64,000 nt of DNA from Octopus sinensis (GCF_006345805.1 NC_043006.1:83266001-83330000), one strand, 5' to 3'; numbered from the stretch's first letter, positions 28,045-40,847 are shown. Translations and numbers: made by a program. The notes: a model not told the origin generated them from the letters alone.

Positions 28045-28482
28045 ACTTCAAAGTGAGATGCTCTGACTTCAATGCAGTTGTTGTAGTGCTCCAATCATCG
28101 TGTGAAGGCCCCCAAGGAAGTCCTCCAAAGTGATTGTGTTCAAGACATTTGTTCTGAAACTCCATCTTCTCAATGTCTTCTTCAGCTTGGGGAACAAATA
28201 AAAGTTACAGGGAGCGAAGTGTGAACTGTTGGGAGGGTGAAGGACAGTTTTGACTCCCATCTCTGTCAAATTGTTAGTTACCAGGATGGAATTGTAACAA
28301 GCAATGTTTAGTAGGGAATGTTCAAAATGTTGTTACAGCCTTCTCCTTCAATCTAGAATAAAAAGAACGTTAGCAGGTCAGCTAATTAGACGTACAGCAA
28401 TTATAAGATAAAATTGCAATAATCAAGGACAGTTATAACTAGTTCTAAAATGGTCTCAAAACTTCTGGAATGTCTCCAGTAT
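28045..28482 (-). pseudogene. Internally deleted mariner transposon remnant
   Basis: HPPNSSHFAPCNFYLFPKLKKTLR corresponds to the mariner motif HPPYSPDLAPCDF.LFP.LK; TIR-like end at 28452-28482 followed by TA. Confidence 0.85.
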
Positions 28483-28502
28483 AAATTATATAATATATAT
28501 AT

Positions 28503-28553
<51 letters not shown>

Positions 28554-28802
28554 TTACCTTCTTACTTGTTTCAGTCATTAGACTGCGGCCATTCTGGGGC
28601 ACCGCCTTGAATTTCTAATCAAATGAATCGATCCCTTTTGCCGAACCACTAGATTACGGGGACACACTCACCAACACCGATTGTCAAGTAGTCACAAACA
28701 AACACACGCAGACACACACACACACACACACATATACATGCTGTCCATTTCTTGTATCACCTAACCGTCTGGATGTTCTTGTCCCATATATAGCGTACGC
28801 AC

Positions 28803-28839
<37 letters not shown>

Positions 28840-29045
28840 TCGTTATTCACTATTATATCGTTACATTCAGCAAAATTATCTCAATCATCGTCATTAGAGA
28901 CAACCACACACGGCTACTTCGCGCGCTATGATGACACTAAGTCTAAGAGCGAAATGAATCAGACTTTTAATGTCACTATTTATTAGAATATAAATCTGGA
29001 GTCGAGGAGCGAGTATTTAATTGCATTAGGCCATATATAAATATA

Positions 29046-29480
29046 TTCTTTTTTACTCTAGGTACAAAGCCCCAAATTTTGGGGGAGGGGGCCAGTCGAC
29101 TAGATTGACCCCAGTACGCAACCGAAAGGATGAAAGGCAAAGTCGACCTGGGCGGAATTTGAACTTGGAACGTAGCGGCAGACGGAATACCTATTTCTTT
29201 ACTACCCACAAGGGGCGAAACACATAGAGGGCAAACAAGGACAGACAAACGGATTAAATCGATTATATCGACCCCAGTGCGTATCTGGTACTTATTTAAT
29301 CAACCCCGAAAGGATGAAAGGCAAAGTCCACTTCAGCGGAATTTGAACTCAGAACGTAGCGGCATTTCTATATTATCCTGTCCCACCCCTCATCTTACTC
29401 TGTATAACTTGTAGAGTTCTGGTGAATCCAGAACGTAGCATTTCGCCCGGCGTGCTAACGTTTCTGCCAGCTCGCCGCCT
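29046..29480 (-). mobile_element. SINE A dimer carrying a 67-bp inverted templated insertion
   Basis: Tail-to-body junction at about 29190; 29365-29431 is the exact reverse complement of 30244-30310. Confidence 0.9.
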
Positions 29481-29818
29481 AAGGTATAGATATATTGAGC
29501 TTGAACGCTCACGGGAATTATGCATTTTAGAGAGAAGTTTTCAGGGCTGTTGGGGGTTTGTGGATAGTGCGAGCATGTGGGGAGCATGTCCAATGGTGGG
29601 TTATACATTTTCAGACTTGTATTCGTGCTAGTTTATTTCCTTCGATATATCCGTTTAATGTTTTTGCTGTAGGTGGGAATCACACCTTAAATTCTTATTA
29701 TCTTTTGTAAGAAAACAGCCCAAGTAATTTGCGTGTGTATGGGGGGGGCGGTGTAGGTTTATGTGTGTGCGTGACTGTGTGTGTGTATAAATGTGTAGAT
29801 AGATATATAGATAGATAT

Positions 29819-29988
29819 GTTTCTTTATTAGCCACACAGGGCTGCTCACAGACGGGACAGATTACAAAGTAGAGCTTTTCTTTTGGGCGAGAAAAAAAGT
29901 GGGGTAGGTTTTCGATCAAAAGGGGTCGTAGAAGGGAAAGGAAAAAGGGGCGGGGGTAAAAGAAAAAACCGATCAATAGGAAACGTGT

Positions 29989-29990
<2 letters not shown>
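29819..29990 (-). mobile_element. LINE 3' UTR fragment within a (GATA)n tract
   Basis: Reverse complement matches 59800-60030 and ends ...agccctgtgtggctaataaagaaac. Confidence 0.75.
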
Positions 29991-30059
<69 letters not shown>

Positions 30060-30536
30060 TGTATTTACGCATGCCTGCATCAATGTATTATCCTCAAAAT
30101 GCTTTCCGAATAAACTCAAAGGAAATGGCGTTTCAATAAAAAAAAGAAATAAACAAAAATAAATGAAGGATAACAAGTATTTTGGAAATAACAGACAGAT
30201 TTTAGCAAATTGCCAAAAATTAACAAATGCTGGTTTATATCTACTGGATTCACCAGAACTCTACAAGTTATACAGAGTAAGATGAGGGGTGGGACAGGAT
30301 AATATAGAAACTAGAAAGTTTACTTGGCATATGGAAATCACACGCTACTTTAAGTTTAATGTAAGATATAGCTTGAGGTTGTAAAATTCTGCTGTTTTCC
30401 TGTCAGAACCATCTACCAGGATTTAATTTCATATATATATATATACATAAACACACACACACACACACATACATATATACATACGCACGCGCATATACAC
30501 ATACGCGCGCGCATATACACATAGATAGATAGACAC

Positions 30537-30622
<86 letters not shown>

Positions 30623-30666
30623 TGACACACAGACAGACAAACAGGCAGACAGAAAGACAGACAGAC

Positions 30667-30754
<88 letters not shown>

Positions 30755-31320
30755 GTGTGTGTCTGTGTGTGTGTGTTAGTCCACGCACTGCCTAACACCG
30801 GGTACTGGTTTGTTTACGTCCCCACCATGACTTAGCGGTTCGGCAAAATAAACCAATAAAATATTACCAGATTTAAAATCAAGAATAAGTATTTGGTTCA
30901 ATTTGTTCAACTAAACTCTTCAAAACGGTGTCCCAGGATGGCCGCAGTCCAATTACCGAAGCAAGTAAAAAAAATTAGAAACATATATAAATGACCAAAG
31001 CTGGAACATCCTTAATCATAGACCCGTTCGGTCTGGTTTGACTTCCGACTAAACGATAACATGTATAGCAGCAGGAGCAGCAGCAGCAGCAGGATTTGAT
31101 GTCAATGACTCGCAGTCTATGAAGAGAATAAAAAATATTGATATACAAAAGGCTAATTTCTGAATATGCTAGAGAATAAATCACAAATAAACGATGAAAT
31201 ACCAACAACTGCTCAATCAATGTCTTAACGCTTTGCCACCATCTCTCCAGAGAACATCTCTGCTGTCAACCTGAAGTGTAAATAGAACACATACTTACTA
31301 CTATATATACATACATATAT

Positions 31321-31402
<82 letters not shown>

Positions 31403-31559
31403 CACAACATACATACATAGGGAGCAAAAATGCTGGAGAATCAGTATACGCCACGTGGCAAAATTATGAAGTGAAAATATGTAGAGAACATATATAAAAA
31501 GGGCAAGAAAAATGCCACCATTTCACATAGTTTTAATATCTTTATATATATATATATAT

Positions 31560-31598
<39 letters not shown>

Positions 31599-31602
<4 letters not shown>

Positions 31603-31974
31603 TAGAAGTGGCTGTGTGGTAAGTAGCTTGCTTACGAACCACATGGTTCCGCGTTCAGTCCCACTGCGTGGCACCTTGAGCAAGTGTCTTCTACAATAGC
31701 GTCGGGCCGACCAAAGCCTTGTGAGTGGATTTGGTAAACGGAAACTGAAAGAAGCCCGTCGTATATATATATATATATATGTATATGTGTGTGTGTGTAT
31801 ATGTTTGTGTGTCTGTGTTTGTCCACCCAGCATCGCTTGACAACCCCGTAACTTAGCGGTTCGGCGAAAGAGACTAGTACTAGGCTTACAAAGAATAAGT
31901 CCTGGGGTCGATTTGCTCGACTAAAAGGCGATGCTCTAGCATGGCCACAGACAAATGACTGAAACAAGTAAAAG
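31599..31974 (+). mobile_element. SINE family B
   Basis: Near full-length match to 34915-35332 with a small deletion. Confidence 0.9.
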
Positions 31975-31989
31975 ACATATTTTATGGCT

Positions 31990-32388
31990 GGTAAAAGTCT
32001 CATAAAATGTAGTAATATCCAACCGGTTTTCGCTATTTGAATAAGCTTTTCAAGGGACATTGTGAAATAATCATTCCTTGAGACAATGGAATCACTCCAT
32101 TTTGGATTTCTCGCAAAGTAAGAATGGATGGGGAGAGTGGATAAAGGGAGGCAATAGGTGGCAAGGGGGACAATTACCTCCTCAGCATTATTGAGTAGTG
32201 GTAAATAAATTTGATTTTGAAATAGGAATGTGTAGCGATCAGGTGGTCAAGTTTGTATATTAAGATGTGGTCTGTACCTTTGTATGAACAGGTTTTCCTT
32301 GTTTAGGCGTTCTTGTGAGAAGATTGAATCTATGCATTGGTATAATGTAAAAATATGGAAATTCGGTGTTTAATTTCTTGTGCATCTG
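31990..32388 (-). pseudogene. 3' end of a second Penelope-like element (GIY-YIG C-terminus plus 3' UTR with hammerhead relic)
   Basis: Minus strand translates PNFHIFTLYQCIDSIFSQERLNKENLFIQRYRPHLN (R..KE..FI....P.LN motif). The UTR contains tgtcc CTTGAAAA GCT..AGC GAAA ACCGGT TGGATA at 32016-32059. Confidence 0.65.
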
Positions 32389-32475
32389 TCAATATGTTAT
32401 AAATAAACATGTCAATATGTTATAAATAAACATGTCAATATGTTATAAATAAACATGTCAATATGTTAAAATAAA
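32387..32475. repeat. 23-bp tandem repeat, ~4 copies
   Basis: (tgtcaatatgttataaataaaca)n. Confidence 0.9.
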
Positions 32476-32601
32476 TATATATATATATATATATAATATA
32501 TATATAATATATAATATATCGAAACCGGTACTGAAATGTTCTTTATAAAATTATTTTAGCATTTTCTATTTTGACTTGTTTTTTCATATATATATATATA
32601 T

Positions 32602-32775
32602 AAAGTTGAAATTTATAAAAGTAAAACAAAAGACGAAGAGAGGTGTATGAACAACAAGCAAGTGTTTTAGTTTGACGCTCGGGAAAAATGAAAATGTCTT
32701 TTACATTTCGAGCCTACGCTCTTCTACAGAAAGGAATAAGAGAAAATAAACAGAGAGAGAATGAAAAACTTGTAG
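32602..32775 (-). mobile_element. Solo Penelope terminal-repeat fragment (family P1) with hammerhead-like motif
   Basis: Minus strand: CTTT CTGTAGA A GAG CGTAGG CTC GAAAT GTA AAAG. Abuts (TA)n. Confidence 0.85.
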
Positions 32776-32779
32776 ATTT

Positions 32780-32987
32780 CAGTTATCAATGTTTGTGTTT
32801 ACGTTCAGTTATAAAAACAATTTTACATCGTTTCTAATTGGTTATTTGATTCTTTTATAGAGTACAAATTCAGTATTCTTAAACAAGGAATATTGTTGGC
32901 AGTGACTTTCGCCTAAGTTAAGCCGACGCGTTGTTTCAGCTTGCTGGAACTTCGAAGTCACTGTCAACAATATTCTTGTTTAAGAAT
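32780..32987. mobile_element. Hairpin-ended repeat (family P4)
   Basis: Arms attcttaaacaaggaatattgttggcagtgactt and aagtcactgtcaacaatattcttgtttaagaat enclose a ~45-bp loop. Confidence 0.7.
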
Positions 32988-32992
32988 TATAT

Positions 32993-33049
<57 letters not shown>

Positions 33050-33377
33050 CTTTTACTTGTTTCAGTCATCAGACTGCGGCGATGCTGAGGCACCGCCTTA
33101 TGGCTCCAGTATGTTTTTTCAGACTTGATTGTGGGATTTGAATGTTCTTCTAAATTGTTATTGTTGCTGCTGTTGTTGTTTTTCTGAAGATTAATTGTTT
33201 AATAGCAAAAGAATTACATTTTTTCTCTCTCAGTTGATGAAATGGTTGATACAAACCCTTGTTCAAATCATTCTGATTTCAAATGGGATTACTTATATAC
33301 AGTCTCTGTAATGATGATGTAGATAACTCGTGATGGCTGCTGTCGTTCGTCGTTGTAGTTTCAGTTGATGCTGATAC

Positions 33378-33600
33378 AAGCTGGCAGAATCGTTAGCACG
33401 CCGGGCGAAATGCGTAGCTGTATTTCGTCTGCCGCTACGTTCTGAGTTCAAATTCCGCCGAGGTCGACTTTGCCTTTCATCCTTTCGGGGTCGATAAATT
33501 AAGTACCAGTTACGCACTGGGGTCGATGTAATCGACTTAATCCGTTTGTCTGTCCTTGTTTGTCCCCTCTATGTTTAGCCCCTTGTGGTTAGCAAAGATA
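33378..33600 (+). mobile_element. SINE family A (new tail type)
   Basis: Consensus-like head, body and tail gtcccctctatgtttagccccttgtgg. Confidence 0.9.
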
Positions 33601-34914
33601 TATTGCTAAAGTCGTATCGCTGATCTTCTCCGCCTTCTCCTCTTCATTATTCTCCTTCTCCCCCCCGTCTTCCTCCCTGTCTCCTCTTCCTTATCCCTCT
33701 TATTTTCATCTTCCTCCCACTCCCTTTTTAACCTCATACCAGTCCTTATTGACTAGACCTATGATCAAAGGCATTCTTTCAGAAACCCTCCTACACTATA
33801 GACACCACCACCACCACCACACAGGCACAGTGTATTGAGGACTACATTACCCAATGGTAGGGTGTACTTTTAAAGAGATTTTGCTGCTAATATTGTATTT
33901 TAGCAGGTCGAGCGTTTGCCCCTGCCCGACGTGCCATGTTTGCTGCTGGCAGTTTAATGATTGTTGCAGCTGCGCTTCTTTTCTGCAACGGTTCTGCTCA
34001 TAGAAGCACTTACACGACTTGTTGTTGTTGTTGTATTACTACTGATACTGCTACTGCTGCTGCTGTTGTTACTATTGCTGTTGTTGTTGTTGTTGTCAAT
34101 GTTACTATTATAGCTACTAGTGTTGCTCATTTTTGCTGTTACTGCTGTTGTCATTATCGTTGTTGTTGTTGTTGTTGTTGGGGGGTGGTTGTAGTGCTGG
34201 TGATGGCGGTGTCGGTGATGGTGGTGGTGGTGGTGGTGGTGGTTTTTGCCGTTGCTGTTGTTCTTGTAGCTACTGTTATTGTCGTTGCTATTAATGTTGT
34301 TACCGTTTTTGTTGTTGTTGTTGTTGTTGCTCCTTGTTGTTACTATTGATGCTGTTGCTGTAGCTGTTGCTTATCCGCAGGTTTCATGGCGCATTCTTCT
34401 GATGAAAGACGTTCCAACTGTGACCGTCCCATTTTTCTTGTTATGCACACATACTTTATGCAGGACTGCGTTATCTAAAATGTCCTTCTCTTTCTAACAC
34501 GTTTGAATATGATCTAATGCAGATTTGGTTGTTATTTGCTCCATCATGGCCGGTCTGGTGCTAAACAAGCGCAAACAACAGCAATAACAATAACAATTTC
34601 CAAGATTAGGATTGAACTCAGGGCGTTGAATTTGCGGTATAGTTTAGAGAGTCGGACAAACTACTTCGTAGTATTTGTTCCAACACGTTGCGGTCTGAGT
34701 TCAAATCCTCCAGAGGCCAACGGTTTCTTCTTTTTTTTTTTATCTCATTTTAGGATCAACGAAAAAAGAATGTACTAATCCCGTGAGATGTTTTGACATA
34801 ACTTTAAAAATATTAAACTGAATGTCTTGCGGTATTTGTTCCGGCTCTTTGTACTCTGAGTTCAAATCTCATCATGGCTACAGAGCCCGTAAGCACTTAA
34901 AAGATTTTAGATAT

Positions 34915-35332
34915 AGCGTAGGAGTGGCTGTGTGGTAAGTAGCTTGCTTACCAAAAACATGGTTCCGGGTTCAGTCCCACTGCGTGGCACCTTGGGCAAG
35001 TGCCTTCTACTATAGCCTCGGGCCGACCAAAGCCTTGTGAGTGGATTTGGTAGACGGAAACTGAAAGAAGCCCGTCGTATGTATGTATATATATGTACGT
35101 GAGTGTATATGCTTATGTGTCTGTGTTTGTCCACCCAACATCGCTTGACAAACGATGCTGGTGTGTTTACCTTCCCCGTAACTTAGCGGTTCAGCAAAAG
35201 AGACCGATAGAATAAGTACTAGGCTTACAAAGAATAAGTCCTGGGGTCAATTTGCTCGACTAAAGGCGGTGCTCCAGCATGGCCACAGTCAAATGACTGA
35301 AACAAATGAAAGAGTAAAAGAGTAGAAGAGTA
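34915..35332 (+). mobile_element. Full-length SINE family B (reference copy; resembles octopus CORE-type tRNA SINEs)
   Basis: A box TGGCTGTGTGG, B box GGTTCAGTCC, ACCTTGGGCAAGT core, internal microsatellite, (AAAGAGT)n tail. More than 15 copies or fragments in the window. Confidence 0.9.
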
Positions 35333-36483
35333 CCACCATATTTCTGTAATTCAAAATATAAACAATAAAGTGAATTTTAATTTTCAATATGGAACAAAAC
35401 TAAAAATATAATCGAAACTGATGTTTTTGCTTGTAGACTTCTACTTTATTTATATTTGGAAAATTTTCTCCGACTTTTGTTAATTGCAAAGTCTATGCTC
35501 ATATCCTCAAAATTAATTTTAATTACGCACCTGCTTCTATAGGGACAGGGCATACCAAATACCATTTTAGCAAGTTTAAAGTGATTTATTTTGTGCCGTA
35601 AACCATTTACTATTTTTGGTACCCTTCCCCTTCTCTTGATGCCCTAAGTACTTGCTTATTTTACTTAATGGTTAATCCAGCGCTGCTTACTCGGATGGTA
35701 TATTTAATCCACCAACCGATTTACCCCAAAGTCCACTTTGTTACACAGATTCAAACCAGGTCGCTAATCTGAGGATTCTTCAAAAGTACGTGTCTATGGA
35801 TTCGCCTTAATGAGGAAGTTCTGTAAATAAATTAAGGGATTTCACCAGTTCTCTTTGTGAAATTATGGGATTTCACTGTCGTTATTTCCAGTCAATTTTC
35901 TATCATTTGTTTTTAAACCCTTAAACTGTAACACCCGAAAAAAATAGAATTCAACAATCCATGAGTTGGAGTCGTTAGCCCAAGTCCTGTAACTCACCCG
36001 GTCTTTTCCCATTCATAAAGTTGAAATCATCTAAAAAGACACCCATCCCACCCAACAAAAAATCCCAAAAATTGACGAACAGAAGCAAGTAAAACAAAAA
36101 CCATAGCAAAAACAAACATTCTTCTGCCACACTATCACTTTCTGTTATTTAAAAGAAAAAGCTAATTATTTTCCGAGTCGTAGTTGATTGGCAAGTAAAG
36201 TGCCTTGATTATTTTCATGAAACAAACAACTGAACGTTTGTTTCTCAATCATTAACCCCTTCTCTTCCGTCAACATTGTAATTTTTGTTGCTCTGTTTTT
36301 TATATAGTCTCTTGGCATTCCTTTTATTTTCTTCTCCCTCTGACCGCTTCCTTACACCATTAACACATGTTACTGCTTCCCCGCGCCTTAACATGTCTCC
36401 CACCTCTTTCATATATTCCTTCCTTCGCTACACATTTTGTCTTCACTGTCATAACAACTAGTCTCCTTTCTCTCTCTCTCAGC

Positions 36484-36551
<68 letters not shown>

Positions 36552-36885
36552 TTTTCTGTCTATCCCTCTCATTTATCATCAACATGTGCCGTACTCGATT
36601 AGAGCGAAGGCGAGCATACTCATCTTATGAAAGTAACTGGCCTGAGAAGAGGTACATTATGAAAAGTCACTCACTTCCTTCTAACAACTCATCACTGCTA
36701 CTATATGTTAGACAAACAGACAGACAAGAAGTTGGGGAGGAATCAATCTCTGTACTTATTCGTCAATCCCGAACGGATGGAAGGCATATCTAACCAGTGA
36801 GATTTGAACTCATAGAGCAGAAAACCGTAACAAATATCACACGACATTCCATCCGACGCTCTTAACGATCCTGCTAAATCACCTT

Positions 36886-37520
36886 AAGCTCTTTATACAT
36901 GGGTGTGCACCTTCGCCGGTTTGTGCAAGATGTGAGAGGGACAGTGAATCTGTCCTGCACGCGATTGTGCAACGCCCCAAGGTGACTGAATTCTGGGTTT
37001 ATGTCGAACACTTGCTGTCGCATTCGAGAAGAGTACAACTGTCGAGCGAATCTGTAATTAAGATTGTTCCGCCGACCTCCTTGAATAGGGAGGAGTGAGT
37101 CTGTTTTCTCTCGGTAGTTGCTGTGGCGAAAGAGGTAGTATGGAAGACGAGAGTGAAAGGAATTGCAACAGACATGTTTATCTCCAGTCTCGAGCTAATC
37201 GACTTTTTCGTTTCCCACATGAAACGGAAAATAAGGCTGGAGAAGAAATGTCTGTCGCAAAGTGTGTTTCGTAAAAGATGGAAATTTATAGCAAGTATGT
37301 TGCGAGTGAAAGAACCTGTTTAAACGAGAATGATTTGTGGGGTCAACCGCGTCCTCCGCTTCATTTTTTGTTAATCACTCATTCTCATTTAATTGTATAT
37401 ATTTTAATTGTTTGTTTATTCATACGTTTCGTCTCATTCGATACCCTGACCCCAATGTTTGTTTTGTTTGTCCTCGTATCGTCTCCTCTTTTTCTCAACC
37501 TCATGGTTAATAAAGAAATT
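36886..37520 (+). pseudogene. 5'-truncated L1/Tx1-type LINE: zinc-finger (zf-RVT-like) C-terminus of ORF2 plus 3' UTR
   Basis: Translates SPVCARCERDSESVLHAIVQRPKVTEFWVYVEHLLS...*...AKEVVWKTRVKG...VFRKRW (pattern C..C....E...H....(C)P.....W, then W..R and F...W). Ends aataaagaaatt. Confidence 0.8.
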
Positions 37521-37644
37521 GACTGGAGTCGATGTATCAGTAATACCCTCCTCTTAAAACTGTTGGCATTGTTCCTAAATTAGTAATCCTAATTATTTAT
37601 ACAAGCAATTTCTTCTCAACATTTCTTCGAGCGCTTTACGTTCC

Positions 37645-37874
37645 TGTTTCTTTACTACCCACAAGGGGCTAAACATAGAGGGGACAAATAAGGACAGGCA
37701 AACGGATTAAGTCGATTACATCGACCCCAATGCGTAACTGGTACTTAATTTATCGACCCCGAAAGGATGAAAGGCAAAGTCGACCTCGGCGGAATTTGAA
37801 CTCAGAACGCAACGGCAGACGACATACCGTTAAGCATTTCGCCCAACGTGCTAACATTTCTGCCAGCTCACCGC
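37645..37874 (-). mobile_element. SINE A (new tail) inserted into an older plus-strand SINE A (about 37600-38030)
   Basis: 11-bp TSD ctttacgttcc at 37634-37644 and 37875-37885. Confidence 0.9.
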
Positions 37875-38499
37875 CTTTACGTTCCGACTTCAAAATCCAT
37901 CGTGGTTGACTTTGCCTTTCACCTTTTCGTAGTCAATAAATTAAGTACCAGTTAAACCCTGGAAGTCGATGTAATCAACAAACCACTCCCCACGAAATTT
38001 CAGGCTTTGTGTCTCTAGTAGAAAAGATTATATAGCCAAACTTCTCTTTTGTTTCATAACTATTTTCGAAGGCATATTGACAACAACGTAATGCTTCCTT
38101 CAAACTATGTTATTTTAAACTTTACATTTCTTTATCTTTGGTTCTAGAAAGATATATTTGTTCTTTTCCTGTATTTTTTTACCTTTTGTTAGTTTATCAT
38201 TTTAATCATTTCTCCTTCCTCTCTTTTTTAAAATTTATTTATTTACATATTTATTTACTATTTTTTTTTTGTGAAATAAGTTAGGTTTCAATTTACTTGG
38301 ACCAAAACTAATGTTTAGATTTCTTGTTTTACTTTTTCATACTATCCCTACAGTGTTGGCGGAACTGTCATGAAAATGGTCCAGTGCCATCAAATATAGT
38401 TAAGAGAACCGTATGTAGACAGATAGCTAACTAGATATACAGACACTTAGATAGATAGATACATACATACATACATACATACATACATACATACATACA

Positions 38500-38532
<33 letters not shown>

Positions 38533-38589
38533 GTGTATGGATAAATATTTGCATATGATATGTATGTGTGTATATATATAATTAATTTA

Positions 38590-38800
38590 AAAAACGGAGA
38601 AAAAAGACAACAGGAAAAAAACAACAACGCGAGGATGGAAAGAAAGAGTGGTTGTTTTACTTTTCGTGCAAAGCTCTTCTTCAAAAACAGGAGACATAAG
38701 AAAAGTCCAAAATAAAAAGGAGGAAGAAAAAAATTACCAACAGTCTGCGTGTAGTTACCTCTTGGAATGACCGGAAGTAGATGGACAAGGAGACAGTGCT
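38590..38800 (-). mobile_element. Probable Penelope-type terminus with hammerhead relic
   Basis: Minus strand 38654-38688: GTTT TTGAAGA A GAG CTTTG CAC GAAA AGTA AAAC. Adjoins a TA/CATA tract. Confidence 0.5.
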
Positions 38801-39609
38801 TTCTGGGACATAAGAATGTGAAGAATGGTTGGTTTCTGTGTGTATGTGTGTGTGTCTGCGCGAGTGTGTGTGTGTGGTGGCATGTGTGTGCCTGTGTGTG
38901 AAAGCGTATGTGTGTATGGTAGCGTATGTGTGTGACAGTAACTGAATGTATGTGTGTGTGTGTGGTGGCGAGTACGCGTGTGATGGTGGTGGTATGTGTG
39001 TGTGTGTGATACCATGTGTGTGTATGGTAGCATGTGTGTGGTAATGACTGAGTGCGTGTGTGCGTGTGGTGGTAACTGAGTGTGTGTGTGTGTGTGTGCT
39101 TTTAACTGTTTACATGTGTATGTTTATGTGAGTGATCTGCGTATGTCTGTTAATGTTGTAGTTAGAGGTCAGCAGCTATGGTGACAGGTTTATGTATGGG
39201 TGGTTGTGTGTTTTTGCATGTGTGCATCGATGGGATGGTCAGTAGTGAGTCGGAGCAGTCTGAAGGGTGGTTGAGAGGCAGTCTGAAGAGTGTGTGAAAG
39301 GGTGGGTGTGGATGTGTGTGCATGTGTTGGCATGTGTACGCAGACGAGTGGGGATGTACGTGTGTGTGTGTGTGTGTGTGTGTGGACATGTGTATGGGTG
39401 CATATGTATATCACACTCTCTCTGCGTTTCTCTCATTCTCTATCTCTCTCTTTCTCACTTTCTCTCTGTATATGTATGTATGTGCGTATGTACGTATGCT
39501 TGCTTACATGTATGAATAAATGAATGTTCGCGTATATATTTGTATGTATGTATGCATGTATGTATGTATGTATGTATATCTATATATCTATATATATCTA
39601 TATATATAT

Positions 39610-39722
39610 CTGTTTCAGTCATTTGACTGCAGCCATGCTGAAGCACCACCTTTAGTCGAACAAATCGACTCCAGGACATTCTTTGTAAACCTAGTACTTA
39701 TTCTATCAGTCTCACACTAACA

Positions 39723-39764
<42 letters not shown>

Positions 39765-39766
39765 AT

Positions 39767-39811
<45 letters not shown>

Positions 39812-39950
39812 CGACGGGTTTCTTTCAGTTTCTGTCTAGCAAATCCACTCAGAAGGCTTTGATCGGCCCGAGGCTAAAGTAGCAGACACTTGCCCAAGGT
39901 GCCACGCTCCGAGAATTAAACCGGAGCCATGTGGTTCGTAAGCAAGCTAC
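39610..39950 (-). mobile_element. SINE family B
   Basis: Both halves present around a CA/TA tract. Confidence 0.85.
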
Positions 39951-40242
39951 TTTATTTCATTAAGATTTGGCATAAAGGCATTACAAAGAGTAGCTTGCGG
40001 GCTGGACATATACATTGATGAGGTGAATTATGAAACAAAGATGATATTGATGAGAGAGGGCGAAAAGCGCCCGCCGATTTTCTGCTTCTCTAAAACATTG
40101 TTGTTGTTTTGTTTTTTTTCCAACAGAATAAACAAAACGAGGTATTGAACCTCTCACGACAGTTTTTACAATTATTGGACTTAATAGTCCATTACAAATA
40201 TTCAAGCTACTTACCATACAGTCACTACTGCGCCTATATATG

Positions 40243-40461
40243 TGGCGAGCTGGCAGAAACGTTAGCACGCCGGGCGAAATGCGTAGCCGTATTTCGTCTG
40301 CCGTTACGCTCTGAGTTCAAATTCCGCCGAGGTCGACTTTGCCTTTCATCCTTTCGGGGTCGATTAAATAAGTACCAGTTACACACTGGGGTCGATATAC
40401 TCGACTTAATCCGTTTGTCTGTCCTCCTCTATGTTTAGCCCCTTGTGGGTAGTAAAGAAAT
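40243..40461 (+). mobile_element. SINE family A (new tail type)
   Basis: Runs from ggcgagctggcagaaacgttagcacg to gtgggtagtaaagaaata. Confidence 0.9.
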
Positions 40462-40847
40462 ATATATATGTGTGTGTGTGTGTATTTACTTTAGAATACT
40501 AAATTTTCGAGTGGTTAATGATGTGAAATGACACGCCAAACTGGTAGCCGTTGTTTAGTATTTGTTTGTCATATTTTTCTGAATTTTTGTTGCATTTTTT
40601 TACCAATCAGATTTATCAGGAAGTATATTTGTTAGGGAGTTTTTAAATATGTTTTTCTTAGTCTCATATTATTTTTTAATGTTAGTCTTGTTTGAGTAAA
40701 TTTTCTTTTTTGTTTTTTTCTTTTGCAGTATCTGTCTCTAATCTCTCATCTCAGAGAATGAGCGATTGTGTGTTTATTTAATTGAGTTCCATTGAGATAA
40801 AAGCATTTAAGACATATACATGCATGTATGTCTGTATACATATATAT

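Noticed and set aside
29365-30310. DNA transposon with 67-bp TIRs
   Set aside because: The interrupted SINE resumes inside the putative element and there is no TSD; a templated insertion fits better.
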